A stretch of DNA of 64,000 nt from Promethearchaeota archaeon (lineage in GTDB: Archaea > Asgardarchaeota > Lokiarchaeia > Sigyniarchaeales > SOKP01): assembly GCA_016839555.1 (NCBI GenBank), contig JAEOUA010000008.1, positions 192,001 to 256,000 of the forward strand, written 5' to 3'. Under the pieces are notes generated by a model. That model was not told the origin of the DNA. It did not search any database and saw nothing but the letters and a program-made list of their open reading frames with translations. The translations under genes were made by a program, and so were the position numbers. This document shows, piece after piece, positions 49,954 to 60,525 of the stretch. The stretch's first letter is position 1. Every line of letters starts with the position of its first letter.

Positions 49954-51561
49954 ATGCAATCTAAAAAACCCAATATTGTACTTATTCTCGCTGATGATAT
50001 GGGATTTTCTGATATCAGATGCTACGGTGGAGAAATCTCTACACCAAATCTTGATAATTTGGCTGAAGGTGGTATTAGATTCACTCAATTTTTTAATACT
50101 GCCCGATGTTCTCCCTCGAGAGCTTCCCTCTTAACTGGGTTACATCCACATCAAACAGGCATAGGTATATTAGTTGATGATTATAGCCCAGAAGGTTATG
50201 CAGGAGATCTTAATAATAATTGTATTACTATTGCTGAAATTTTAAAAGAAAATGGCTATAAAACTTATATGAGCGGTAAATGGCATGTATCTACTAGTAA
50301 ATTTGAAGTTCGTGATTCATGGCCAAATCAACGGGGATTTGATCATTTTTATGGAACTATTGTAGGAGCAGGGAGCTATTATTATCCTATTAGTCTTACA
50401 CGTGATAATAAGAATATTGAGCAAGAAACTCTAAATAAAGACTTTTATTATACTGATGCTATCACCAATAATGCTGTGAAATATATTAATCAACATTATA
50501 AGAGTACTCCTAACACTCCCTTTTTCTTATATGTGAGCTATACTGCCCCACATTGGCCACTGCATGCAAAGAAGGAGGTTATCGAAAAATATAAAGGGCG
50601 CTTTAAAGATGGATGGGATACTCTAAGGAAAGAGCGGCTCGAGCGTCAAGTAGATATGAATATAATTAATGAAAAATGGAAGTTATCAGATAGAGATCCA
50701 AGAGCCTCCCCTTGGAAAGATGTGAGGCATAAAGATTGGGAACAGAGGAGAATGGAAGTGTATGCCGCCCAAGTTGACATTATGGATAAAGGAATAGGTA
50801 AAATAGTAGATACTCTTAAAGAAAATAAATTATTAGAAGATACTTTAATAATATTTCTGTCTGATAATGGTGGATGCGCCGAACCTCTCGGAACGGTTAT
50901 GGAAAAGATAGCATTAGCAGATGCTTCGACAAGAAAATATACCCGTTCTGGAGAAAGAGTTAATTTTGGGAATAAACACTCTGTTATGCCCGGAGGAGAA
51001 AATACGTACCAAAGTTATGGCGCTGCTTGGGCTAATCTCTCTAATACCCCTTTTCGCAAATTTAAGAAATGGACTCATGAGGGAGGAATCGCTACTCCCT
51101 TTATACTTCATTGGCCTAAATCAATTAAACATAAGGGCGAAATAAGACATCAGCAAGCTCAATTAACCGATATAATGGCAACCATAGTAGATATTACGGG
51201 TATTGAATATCCTAAAAAGTTTAAGGGAAGAACTATACTTCCATTGGAAGGAACTAGCTTAGTGCCCATTTTTAATAACAAAGATAATAATAAAGGGATG
51301 CTGTTTTTTGAACATGAGGGAAATGCTGCTGTACGTGATGGGAATTGGAAGCTCGTCAGAGATTATCCCGAAGATTGGGAATTATATAATATGGAAGAGG
51401 ATAGGACAGAATTAAATAGTTTAATTGATCAATATCCCAATCGGGCTTTGAAGATGAAAAAAACTTATGAAGAATGGGCTAAACGCTGTGGAGTTATACC
51501 CCGAGAAAAGATGTTGGAAATTCAAAAAAAAAGATTTAGAAAATTATATAGCAAATATTAA
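49954..51561 (+). CDS. Arylsulfatase (Cys-type)
   Basis: PNIVLILADDMG, CSPSRASLLTG, GKWH, APHWP, SDNG, EGGI. Confidence 0.95.
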   Translation: MQSKKPNIVLILADDMGFSDIRCYGGEISTPNLDNLAEGGIRFTQFFNTARCSPSRASLLTGLHPHQTGIGILVDDYSPEGYAGDLNNNCITIAEILKENGYKTYMSGKWHVSTSKFEVRDSWPNQRGFDHFYGTIVGAGSYYYPISLTRDNKNIEQETLNKDFYYTDAITNNAVKYINQHYKSTPNTPFFLYVSYTAPHWPLHAKKEVIEKYKGRFKDGWDTLRKERLERQVDMNIINEKWKLSDRDPRASPWKDVRHKDWEQRRMEVYAAQVDIMDKGIGKIVDTLKENKLLEDTLIIFLSDNGGCAEPLGTVMEKIALADASTRKYTRSGERVNFGNKHSVMPGGENTYQSYGAAWANLSNTPFRKFKKWTHEGGIATPFILHWPKSIKHKGEIRHQQAQLTDIMATIVDITGIEYPKKFKGRTILPLEGTSLVPIFNNKDNNKGMLFFEHEGNAAVRDGNWKLVRDYPEDWELYNMEEDRTELNSLIDQYPNRALKMKKTYEEWAKRCGVIPREKMLEIQKKRFRKLYSKY

Positions 51562-51860
51562 TGGGAATTATTTAAACCTAAAAATTAATCCATTAATTTC
51601 CATTAAAACTTCTCTTTTATTAGCTTTCGCTTATAAATATATATTTATTAGGATTTTTTTCCATAACTCTTAAATTATTAGGTTAGCTTATATAGCTTTT
51701 AAGTATTTTTTGAGAAAGATTATCGGAAATTAAATCAGTAAACCGCTATGTTTCTTAAGATTGTCAAAGGTCAAGATATATAACTAAAAAAATTTATAAT
51801 CTATTTTTTATTTTTAAGAGTATCTTAATTATTAAATACTAAAACTTGAAAAAATAATTT

Positions 51861-51870
51861 ATTTTATAAT
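51861..51870 (+). promoter_or_regulatory. Putative TATA box of tRNA-Phe
   Basis: TTTTATAA about 25 nt upstream of the tRNA. Confidence 0.4.
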
Positions 51871-51890
51871 TATTAAAATATTACTTAAAT

Positions 51891-51993
51891 GCCAAGATGG
51901 CGTAGAATGTTGCCCAATTAGGGTAAATACGTAACCCGGGAACGCACCAGACTGAAGATCTGGGTATCGGGGGTTCAAATCCCCCTCTTGGCA
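51891..51993 (+). tRNA. tRNA-Phe(GAA) with a 29-nt intron (51906-51934) at non-canonical position 15/16
   Basis: GCCAAGA/TCTTGGC acceptor, GCGT/ACGC D stem, CCAGA-CTGAAGA-TCTGG anticodon arm, GGGGG-TTCAAAT-CCCCC T arm; junctions form a BHB-like motif. Confidence 0.93.
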
Positions 51994-52019
51994 TAAAATT
52001 TAATCTCTTTTGATTTATA

Positions 52020-52664
52020 TTAATTTTTTTCAAATATATCGAAGATATTTTTTTTCTTTCTTCTATCATCTTTAATTATAAATTCTCTAAAAACCTCATT
52101 GTCATCGTCAATAAATTCCCAAAAATCTTCATATATGTCCTTCAGGGTTTTTTCTTTCGATTCTAATTCATCTTTTCTAGATTTATTTGGTAATACTTCC
52201 ATTGTTACTTTATTATGAACTGATTTTTGCCCCATTCGAAGATTTGAGATGTTATGAGAAATATTTTCTTTCTTTTTAGGCAGTTTATACCCTTTAGGTA
52301 AATATTCCACATAATTTCCCTCCGTTATTAACGTTTCAAATAAAATTTTTTCTGATTTCTTCTTTTTTATTAACTTTTCCTTATAAAGGGGATCCTGTTT
52401 TTTTTCCATATTATTTTTAAATTCAAAATCAACTGATTGATATCCACGGATTTTATAATTTTTGTCTACAAACGCCTGAAAGGAATGGTCACAAATTAAA
52501 TATTTTGGAATCGATATAGTTGTTAGATTCTTAGCCTTATCTACAACTGATTTTGGAAATTCTAATTGTTTAGATGCGGAACATTTAGGACAAATAAAAT
52601 TAATTTTCACGGATTCAATTAATTGATTAACGTTAACACATTCTTTGCTATTGCTTAAAGTCAT
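52020..52664 (-). CDS. Lokiarchaeal-type Zn-ribbon hypothetical protein
   Basis: CPKC..TTISIP..ICDHSFQAFVDKN..IRGYQ. Confidence 0.7.
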   Translation of the reverse strand: MTLSNSKECVNVNQLIESVKINFICPKCSASKQLEFPKSVVDKAKNLTTISIPKYLICDHSFQAFVDKNYKIRGYQSVDFEFKNNMEKKQDPLYKEKLIKKKKSEKILFETLITEGNYVEYLPKGYKLPKKKENISHNISNLRMGQKSVHNKVTMEVLPNKSRKDELESKEKTLKDIYEDFWEFIDDDNEVFREFIIKDDRRKKKNIFDIFEKN

Positions 52665-52767
52665 ACTTTCCTCTATCAGAATTTTATATAAAAAATGATT
52701 TAAACTACGATAATTGCTTTAAAGAAGAAAATAATAAGAAATAATTTTTAAAAAAATCTGAAGAATA

Positions 52768-53307
52768 TTAACGCTCAAGAGTATATTTTATATTAAAATT
52801 ATCTTTCGATAAAATAAAATTGACTTTTAGCGAAGGAAGTACCTCGGATTCTATTTTAAATGTATGTTTACCTTCAGTTAATCGATTTAAATTGTTTTTA
52901 TTCATATGCAAAAGAATATCAATTGTATCTCCTAATGCGATGGTACGCCCTTTTAATTTTCCTTCTAAAATATCCTTTAATGTGAAGGTTTGTTCTTTAT
53001 GAATTAATAAGACATTTTCTTGAATGACTTCTTTATCGATAATTGTTTTCGATAAATCTATTTTTTCATTATCCAAATAAATTTGAAAAATTTCACCAAT
53101 GTTAAAGTTTTCTTGCTCTATTTTCTCTTTAGAAAGGTTTTGAATGTTTATTTCATTAGGAATGTCAAGCGGAATTACTACATTAATAGCTCTTATTAGA
53201 AGCGCGTCTTCCATTCCGTCGTTATCTAAATCAACGGTATATACACATTTATTTGGGGGAAATATTTTTTTAATTAATACTTTTAATGATGATAAGTTTA
53301 TACCCAT
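52768..53307 (-). CDS. Hypothetical protein
   Basis: 179-aa ATG ORF with a DLDNDG loop. Confidence 0.6.
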   Translation of the reverse strand: MGINLSSLKVLIKKIFPPNKCVYTVDLDNDGMEDALLIRAINVVIPLDIPNEINIQNLSKEKIEQENFNIGEIFQIYLDNEKIDLSKTIIDKEVIQENVLLIHKEQTFTLKDILEGKLKGRTIALGDTIDILLHMNKNNLNRLTEGKHTFKIESEVLPSLKVNFILSKDNFNIKYTLER

Positions 53308-53395
53308 TTTTTTTTCAATTTCTTTTTTCTTATATAAGATATATTATTTGTATATTTTTAAAGGGATGTTCTTATTTTCAAAAATTTTTAAATCT

Positions 53396-54418
53396 TTATT
53401 GATCTATTTCAGATATTTTTACAGGTCGATTATCATTGTAGGATTTTTGCGCTGCTTTTGCTATTAAGATACTCTGTAAACCATCTTCGCCATTTGGACT
53501 TGGATCTATATTTTTTTTGAGACAGTCGAAGAAAAATATTAACTCATTAATATATGAATTCCTATATCTCTCTAAGAAAAAATAGGGGATTTTATCTTTT
53601 CTTATATGTTCATTAGTGTAAATCTCTATGGTATTTGATGGTCGATTATCTGCAATAACACATCCTTTAGAACCAAATACTTCAGCTCTTTGATCATATC
53701 CATAGACTGCCTGACGAGAATTATCAATGATCCCTAAAGCTTCGTTTTTAAATTTTAAAACCGCTACTGCAGTATCAATATCGCCTGCTTTACCTATATC
53801 TGGGTTAATTAAAACAGCTCCATTCGCATATACTTCTTCAACTTCGCTATTTGCAAGAAATCGAGCCATATCCCAATCATGGATACTCATATCAATAAAA
53901 ATTCCACCAGATATTTTTATATATTCTATGGGCGGGGGAGCGGGGTCTCGAGAAGTGATTTTTACAATATGAGGCTTTCCAATTTGACCAGAATTAATCA
54001 CTTCATACAGTCTTCGAAAATTCTTATCAAATCGTCGATTAAATCCTATCATGAGGCTAACATTTTCTTTCCTTGTAATTGCAATGGTCTCTTTAATTCT
54101 TTTAACATTCGTGTCTAATGGCTTTTCACAAAATATATGTTTTTTAGCTTGTGCTGCTTTTTGAATAAATTTGGCATGTGTATCTGTTGAAGATGCTATT
54201 ATAACTGCATTGATGTCTGGATCTTTAAATATATCGGTAGCATCATCTGTGAGTTTCGGGATTCCTAATTGATTAACCCATTGAGTTAATTCATCATTTA
54301 TGTTAATATCTGAAATTATTTTTAGTTTTATACCAGGAATATGATGGATAAGATTCTCAATATGAATTTTACCAATTCTTCCCGCTCCAATTACTCCCAC
54401 ATTGAATATTTTTGACAT
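53396..54418 (-). CDS. iolG: myo-inositol 2-dehydrogenase (Gfo/Idh/MocA)
   Basis: GAGRIG, CEKP, GFNRRFD, TSRDP, SGGIF.DM.IHD, YGYDQR.EV.G, FFLERY. Confidence 0.9.
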   Translation of the reverse strand: MSKIFNVGVIGAGRIGKIHIENLIHHIPGIKLKIISDININDELTQWVNQLGIPKLTDDATDIFKDPDINAVIIASSTDTHAKFIQKAAQAKKHIFCEKPLDTNVKRIKETIAITRKENVSLMIGFNRRFDKNFRRLYEVINSGQIGKPHIVKITSRDPAPPPIEYIKISGGIFIDMSIHDWDMARFLANSEVEEVYANGAVLINPDIGKAGDIDTAVAVLKFKNEALGIIDNSRQAVYGYDQRAEVFGSKGCVIADNRPSNTIEIYTNEHIRKDKIPYFFLERYRNSYINELIFFFDCLKKNIDPSPNGEDGLQSILIAKAAQKSYNDNRPVKISEIDQ

Positions 54419-54629
54419 TATAGATTTTCAAATAAAATTATTTAATTGTTTTTCATATAATTTAATTTTATTAAAACAAATTATATCTAAATTTTTGATT
54501 CTAATATAATTTTAGATATTCACATAATAAAAGATCATAGCTAAATAAAAAGAAATTCAATTAATATCTACTTATATTTTAATACTTCAAAATCCAAATA
54601 ATAATTAATTAAAATTAAAAATAAAAAAA

Positions 54630-55883
54630 ATGACGGAAAAAGAAATTCAAGTATATGGAAAACGATGGGTTATTTTGCTTCTATTTATGTTTGCAAATAT
54701 CACTATGCAAATACTTTGGATCAGTTATGGATCTATTACCATTGAATCTTCAGCTTTTTATGGCGTTGGTGAGCTTGAAATCCTTCTTTTATCTCTGATT
54801 TTTATGGTAGTTTACATTCCAGTATCTTTTCTCGCCTCTTGGTCACTTGATAAATATAGCTTTAAATTCGGTACTAGCATAGGAGTTATTCTAGGTGCTA
54901 TTTTTGGTTTCTTGCGATTTATTGCGGGCTCAAATTATCTTTTTGCCTTTATAGCTCAGACAGGAATCGCTGTTGGCCAACCGTTTATACTAAACAGTAT
55001 CACAAAGCTCTCCGCTAATTGGTTTCCTGAAGACGAAAGAACACTTTCTACGGGATTATCCTTGATTTCTCAATTTGTAGGAATTGCTCTGGGCGTGTTT
55101 CTTTCACCATTCCTGATAAGTTGTACTGAATCTATTCCAATATTAACCGAACTTTTTCCAATGTTAATAGAATGTGATATCACACCAATGTTGTTTACTT
55201 TTGGAATTTTATCTGTAGCATCTGGAGTCTTATTTGTTATTTTTGTGAAAGATAAACCACCTACTCCACCATCTAAAAAAGAAACTGTTGAAAAAATCTT
55301 TATGTTTGAAGGACTTAAGAAACTATTTACAAATAAATACTTCATAATCCTTGTGATATTGTTCTTTATTGGATTAGGCACATTTAATATGGTCACAACT
55401 TATATAGAGTTAATTGTTGCTCCTCGAGGTTATTCCGCTTCCGATGCAGGAAATATTGGAGCTATCATGCTTTTTGGAGGTATAATAGGCTGTTTAATTA
55501 TGTCCACTCTTTCTGATAAATTTCAAAAGAGAAAGATATTTATCATATTTTCCGTGACATTAACAACAATATCCCTCACAATACTCTCTTTTGCAAGCTC
55601 CGCACTCTTACTATACATATTTGGGTTTAGTTTGGGATTTGGAATCTTATCTGCAGGACCAGTTGCACTAGAATATGCTGTAGAAATCACTACTCCGGTT
55701 CCTGAGGCAAGCTCAAACGGAATTTTGATGTGGATAGGCCAAATCGGTGGGATCCTCTTTATTTTAGGCCTTGTGGGCTTTACTCTACCTAATGGCGATT
55801 ATTTCCCTGCATTACTCTTGTTAAGTTTCTTAGCACTCGCTATACTTATCCTATCATTCTTTCTAAAAGAAGCGGAAAAATAA
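54630..55883 (+). CDS. MFS transporter (FLVCR/SLC49-like)
   Basis: Y..RWVIL, ANWFPEDER, PPTPPS, EYAVEIT.PVPE. Confidence 0.85.
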   Translation: MTEKEIQVYGKRWVILLLFMFANITMQILWISYGSITIESSAFYGVGELEILLLSLIFMVVYIPVSFLASWSLDKYSFKFGTSIGVILGAIFGFLRFIAGSNYLFAFIAQTGIAVGQPFILNSITKLSANWFPEDERTLSTGLSLISQFVGIALGVFLSPFLISCTESIPILTELFPMLIECDITPMLFTFGILSVASGVLFVIFVKDKPPTPPSKKETVEKIFMFEGLKKLFTNKYFIILVILFFIGLGTFNMVTTYIELIVAPRGYSASDAGNIGAIMLFGGIIGCLIMSTLSDKFQKRKIFIIFSVTLTTISLTILSFASSALLLYIFGFSLGFGILSAGPVALEYAVEITTPVPEASSNGILMWIGQIGGILFILGLVGFTLPNGDYFPALLLLSFLALAILILSFFLKEAEK

Positions 55884-55953
55884 CTCCACAACTTCTAAAT
55901 CATTTTCTTTTTTTTTTAACAATCTTTAATTTTTTTTAAAATTTTATTACATT

Positions 55954-57132
55954 ATGGAAGCAATAGAATTAAGTGCTAAATGGGAGCCTAAACCAAGTTT
56001 TAAACTTGGAAGTAAGGATATTGAAGGGAAACTAACATATCTGGGCTCTCAAGTTTGGCGATATCCTAACGTGAGAAAAATAGAAAAAGTAGTCCCGGAA
56101 ATCAAACCAAACGAGGTCTTAATAAAAGTAAAACGAGTTGGTATCTGTGGATCCGATGTCCACATGGCACAGACAGATAAAGAGGGATATATCTATTATC
56201 CAGGCTTGACCGCATTTCCAGTAATTTTAGGGCATGAATTTGCGGGAGAGATTGTAAAAGCAGGAATTCGCGCAATAAATAAAAGAACTAATCAACCATT
56301 TGAAGGGGGAGAACCGGTGACTGTAGAAGAAATGGTATGGTGTGGAGAATGCCGTCCTTGTTGTGATGGGTTTCCAAACCATTGTGAGCGCCTCCAAGAA
56401 ATAGGATTTTCCATAGATGGCGCCTATGCTGAATATATTGCCGTACCGGCGAAATTGTGTTGGAGCTTAAATAAATTAAAAAATCGATATGATGACATTT
56501 TTAAGATTGGGAGTTTAGTTGAACCCACATCAGTAGCATATAATGCCGTAATAGAACGAGGCGGAGGAATAAGACCTGGAGAAAATGTGGTAATTTTAGG
56601 TGGGGGTCCTATTGGTCTTGCTGCAACTAAGATTTTAAAAACAGCGGGAGCCGCAATATGCATAGTCTCAGAACCAGAAGAGAGTCGAGCAAATCTGGCA
56701 AAAAAGATGGGCGCTGATTATGTTATTAATCCCCAAAAAGAAAGTTTTGTCGAAGAAGTAAAAGAATATACGGATAATGAAGGAGCGAAGCTTTATTTAG
56801 AAGCTACAGGATTGCCCCATATAGTAACCGACGATATACAAAATGCAATCTGGGAATGCAAGGCTGTTAATAGCACAGTAGTAATCGTGGCAAGAGCAGA
56901 ACAGAGAATGCCCGTATGCGGTGAATATTTCCAAGTTAGAAGGGCAAGAATAGTTGGCGCCCAAGGACATTCAGGACATGGCACATTTCCTAATGTCATT
57001 AGTGCGATGAGCGCTGGTATGGATATGACCCCAATGATCACAAAGGAAATCAGTTTAGAAGAAGCTCCTGAGAATTTAAAAATCCTTCAAACAGATAAAG
57101 AAAATTGCAAAATAAGTATAAAAATTAGTTAA
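55954..57132 (+). CDS. iolM: scyllo-inosose 3-dehydrogenase (Zn-dependent MDR family)
   Basis: GICGSD.H, YPGLT.FP..LGHE, EEM.WCG.C..C, GAQGHSGHGTFP; clustered with iolG/N/O. Confidence 0.88.
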   Translation: MEAIELSAKWEPKPSFKLGSKDIEGKLTYLGSQVWRYPNVRKIEKVVPEIKPNEVLIKVKRVGICGSDVHMAQTDKEGYIYYPGLTAFPVILGHEFAGEIVKAGIRAINKRTNQPFEGGEPVTVEEMVWCGECRPCCDGFPNHCERLQEIGFSIDGAYAEYIAVPAKLCWSLNKLKNRYDDIFKIGSLVEPTSVAYNAVIERGGGIRPGENVVILGGGPIGLAATKILKTAGAAICIVSEPEESRANLAKKMGADYVINPQKESFVEEVKEYTDNEGAKLYLEATGLPHIVTDDIQNAIWECKAVNSTVVIVARAEQRMPVCGEYFQVRRARIVGAQGHSGHGTFPNVISAMSAGMDMTPMITKEISLEEAPENLKILQTDKENCKISIKIS

Positions 57133-57157
57133 ATTAAGTTAAACTTAATTTTCTATT

Positions 57158-57640
57158 TCAAATTGAATTATTTTTCATTTTTTTTATCTTATTTATCCAA
57201 TCAGGCACCCTAAGATTAATTATTTTTTCCAAAAATGGGATATATGGTTTTATATCTAAAATTGGGCTCTCATTGAAGGCGTCTAAATTTTTTACGAATA
57301 GTACATTTTCTTCTCTTTTTAGAAGTTCAGATATGGTTAAACAAATTGGATTTGGTCTCACTTGGGAGTGAGTGGAAAATATTCCTACTTCTGGAAACTT
57401 TGGATTGCCTTTAGGATGAACCTTTTTAATCTCTCTTCGTTTCATTGATACTAAATGCGCCCAATAGCATACTATTATATGGGAAAACTCTTCAATACCA
57501 TCTAAACATTCAATATACTCATCAAAAATGATTATTTTAGAAATAGTTTTTTTATTACCAATTGCTTTTAAGAGACTTTTATCTATAATATCTATATTTG
57601 TTTTAACTTCTCCTATTGGAATAATTTTAATTTCGGCCAT
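57158..57640 (-). CDS. tsaA: TrmO/TsaA-like SAM-dependent methyltransferase
   Basis: LDGIEEFSH, GIFSTHSQVRPNPI, LDA...PILDIKPY. Confidence 0.85.
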   Translation of the reverse strand: MAEIKIIPIGEVKTNIDIIDKSLLKAIGNKKTISKIIIFDEYIECLDGIEEFSHIIVCYWAHLVSMKRREIKKVHPKGNPKFPEVGIFSTHSQVRPNPICLTISELLKREENVLFVKNLDAFNESPILDIKPYIPFLEKIINLRVPDWINKIKKMKNNSI

Positions 57641-57724
57641 TTTGAATTAGATTTTTCGGGTTATTTTTAATGTATTGAAAAACTTTAGATGAAATTATAA
57701 ATATATGTTTAAATTATTTCAAAT

Positions 57725-58543
57725 TCATTCATTAAAAATATTTCGTAAATATTTTGCGCTTTCTTCAGCAACATCTTCAAAACTGGGCTTCATAATAGTT
57801 TCAAGCGAATAAAATCCTTTATAATCTGCATTTTTGAAAATATTTATAAAAGTTTTAAAGTCAAAATGTCCTGATCCTGGAGATCTTCTATTACAATCAG
57901 CTAAGTGAATATGACATATTTCGGAGACATTTTTTCTAAGATCATCCCAAATAGAATTAGGATCTTCCTCTAAATGGATATGAAATGTATCAACTAATAA
58001 TTTTATATTATCCGAATCTAATTTCTCTATTAATCCTAACGAATTTGAAAGGGTGTGATAAGAATCTATTTCGAATCTGTTAATTGGTTCCAGTGCTAAT
58101 AAAACATTTTGATCTTCTACTAGCTCTATACACTTAGTTAAAGAGGAAAAAATATTTTCTCTCTCCTTCTCTGGACTACTTTTATGTCTATATCGCCCTC
58201 TTATTAATCCTATTATTACTTTTGAATCACTTTTTGCCGCAAAATTAATATATTTACTTATGCGGTTAATTGCTTCTTTTCTTATGCTTCTTTTTTTATG
58301 CCCTAATGAATATCCATAACGGATATAAGTGCCTCCCGTTCCTAACGCCGGAATTTTCATATCAAATGAATTAATTACTTCCATTAATGCTTGTGTATCT
58401 ATTTTTTCGGGCTTCAAAATACTAAGTTCTATTCCAGAATATCCCAGTGGTTTTAGATATTCACATAATAAAGAAAATTTCTTAATTATTTCTTCTCGTT
58501 TAACCGTCAATTCATTTAAATTAGCGACTATACTTAAATTCAT
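57725..58543 (-). CDS. iolO: 5-keto-L-gluconate epimerase (TIM-barrel sugar epimerase)
   Basis: ALGTG, IIGLIRG, LEPINRFE, DTFH, HIHLAD.NR..PG.GH. Confidence 0.8.
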   Translation of the reverse strand: MNLSIVANLNELTVKREEIIKKFSLLCEYLKPLGYSGIELSILKPEKIDTQALMEVINSFDMKIPALGTGGTYIRYGYSLGHKKRSIRKEAINRISKYINFAAKSDSKVIIGLIRGRYRHKSSPEKERENIFSSLTKCIELVEDQNVLLALEPINRFEIDSYHTLSNSLGLIEKLDSDNIKLLVDTFHIHLEEDPNSIWDDLRKNVSEICHIHLADCNRRSPGSGHFDFKTFINIFKNADYKGFYSLETIMKPSFEDVAEESAKYLRNIFNE

Positions 58544-58779
58544 TTTCCTATCCTCCTTATATCTACAATAATAACAACATTTAACATTAAATTTATCATT
58601 TCCATAGTTTAGATTTTTAAAAAAAGATAATAAAAATCTTATTATTTTTAAAGTTCCTCTTTATTCATCGCTATTCCAAGCAGCTTTATTAAATTATAAG
58701 TACTTTTATCCTTAAGGAATAAACTTTTTAATCGCATTTTCTTACTATTCCATATATATTTAAGAAAATAACTAATTTT

Positions 58780-59766
58780 GTGAAGAAAATGGGAAATTGG
58801 GAATTTCCAAGACCAGGAAAAATAGAAAGTTCCGATCCAAAATTGTATCTCCAAAATATGAATATGACGGATGTGAAGGAACGTTTAGAAGTTAATGATC
58901 TAATTATTTTAGTTGTCGGAAGTGTTGAAAATCATGGACCATCGTGTCCATTAGGGCAAGATACCTACCAATGCACGCGAATGTCAGAGATTATTGCGGA
59001 AAAGACAAGTTGTACCTTGGCACCACCCGTATTCTACGGATCTCATCCGTTCCATCATGTAGGCATGCCAGGAACAATAGTGATCCCCGAAGAGATCTTT
59101 ATTGGGCAATTGAGAGCTATCATGGCAGGACTTTGGAATATGGGATTCAGGAAGCAGATAATCTTTAATAATCATGGGCAAGAATATGTAATACCCACGG
59201 CGTTACATCAATTTGCAAAGCGATATCAAGTCCCTGCAATTCTCTTGAATTATAATTGGTACCACGGTATTTCGGAATTAATTTCTGGAAAAGACGTAGG
59301 TAATTTAGAAAGTGGTTTTGAAACGACTTTCGTACATGCTGATGAAGTGGAAACTTCATTTGCCATGGCATTATTTCCAGAATACGTAGCGGAGCAAAAG
59401 CGGCAAGACACCACTCCAAGAGGATTTTTAGAGTCGAAATTCTTTGATAAAGCAGGAAATTGCCTGCATCGTCCTATTACATGGTATGGGGCAGTTGGAG
59501 CAGGTCCAGTTGAATTCGCTGCGTATCCAGAGGGATGTGTGGGGGCTCAAACCAAAGCAACACCAGAAAAGGCGGAAAAAGCTATAAATAAGATATTGGA
59601 TACTTTTGAAGAAATGGTAAATATGATTTTAGAAAAGTATCCACCAGGCACATTACCCGAGTGGAAAGAGATGACTCAAAGATTTAGTGAAAAAGAAATG
59701 GAACTATTATTGAAAGGACCTCTTAATGGTGGAAAACATATTTACACCATTTGTTATCCACCTTAA
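58780..59766 (+). CDS. iolN: 3-dehydro-scyllo-inosose hydrolase (creatininase family)
   Basis: GSVENHG, YGSHPFHH.GMPGT, NNHGQE, FVHADEVETS. Confidence 0.88.
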   Translation: MKKMGNWEFPRPGKIESSDPKLYLQNMNMTDVKERLEVNDLIILVVGSVENHGPSCPLGQDTYQCTRMSEIIAEKTSCTLAPPVFYGSHPFHHVGMPGTIVIPEEIFIGQLRAIMAGLWNMGFRKQIIFNNHGQEYVIPTALHQFAKRYQVPAILLNYNWYHGISELISGKDVGNLESGFETTFVHADEVETSFAMALFPEYVAEQKRQDTTPRGFLESKFFDKAGNCLHRPITWYGAVGAGPVEFAAYPEGCVGAQTKATPEKAEKAINKILDTFEEMVNMILEKYPPGTLPEWKEMTQRFSEKEMELLLKGPLNGGKHIYTICYPP

Positions 59767-59792
59767 TTTTTTTTATTTTTTTTGAATTTTTT
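59767..59792 (+). terminator. Oligo-T archaeal terminator after iolN
   Basis: T8-A-T8 tract immediately after the stop. Confidence 0.5.
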
Positions 59793-60073
59793 AAAAATTT
59801 TAATTTATTTTTAAGGTAATACGTGAAAATTAAATTTCTTTAATTTGATTTCGTATCTTTAATTTCTAATTTTAATCATCAGTTTATTTAAAAGATAAAA
59901 AATCATATTTGAAAAACTGAACATTATTTAATCATGTATATTATATAACGAAAAGAATTATAGATTTATTGGGATCTCCTATTGAAAATAAATAATTTTA
60001 AATATCCGAACTTTGTTATGATTATAATTATAACCTAACTTTTTTTTTAAGAAATTAATTAGATTTAGAACAA

Positions 60074-60391
60074 GTGTTGAAAAGAGGGGTTGAATATATG
60101 GCAAATCTGGAGGAAGAAATACAAAAATACCTTTCATATTTTAAAAAGAAATTATACTATTTTAATCAAGAAGAGATTGATCAAATTTTAATCTCTGATA
60201 ATTATTTTAAATTCATCAATACTGTTTATGACTATTTTAACTCACAAGTGGCCTCAAATAATACTGGAAAACAGCGATTAAATATAGAATGTTATATCGA
60301 CGCTGATGAAGTTATAAATAAATTTTGGCTCGATCTCTTAGGAAATAAAATTAATGACTCAATTAAGTCTTATTTAAAAATTGGGACTTAA
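60074..60391 (+). CDS. Hypothetical protein (likely start ATG 60098)
   Basis: GAGGGG upstream of ATG 60098. Confidence 0.55.
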   Translation: MLKRGVEYMANLEEEIQKYLSYFKKKLYYFNQEEIDQILISDNYFKFINTVYDYFNSQVASNNTGKQRLNIECYIDADEVINKFWLDLLGNKINDSIKSYLKIGT

Positions 60392-60525
60392 TTATATTTA
60401 ATTTTTAATAAAAATAAGTTTTTATTTTTTAAATATGAGGATTAATCTATAGTAAAGTAATTTTTTTAGAGATTTAAGAAAAGAGAAGAAACCGGCAGGA
60501 TTCAAACCTGCTTTATTTCAAATTT

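Noticed and set aside
51881-52069. 62-aa minus-strand ORF
   Set aside because: Antisense shadow of the tRNA-Phe gene.
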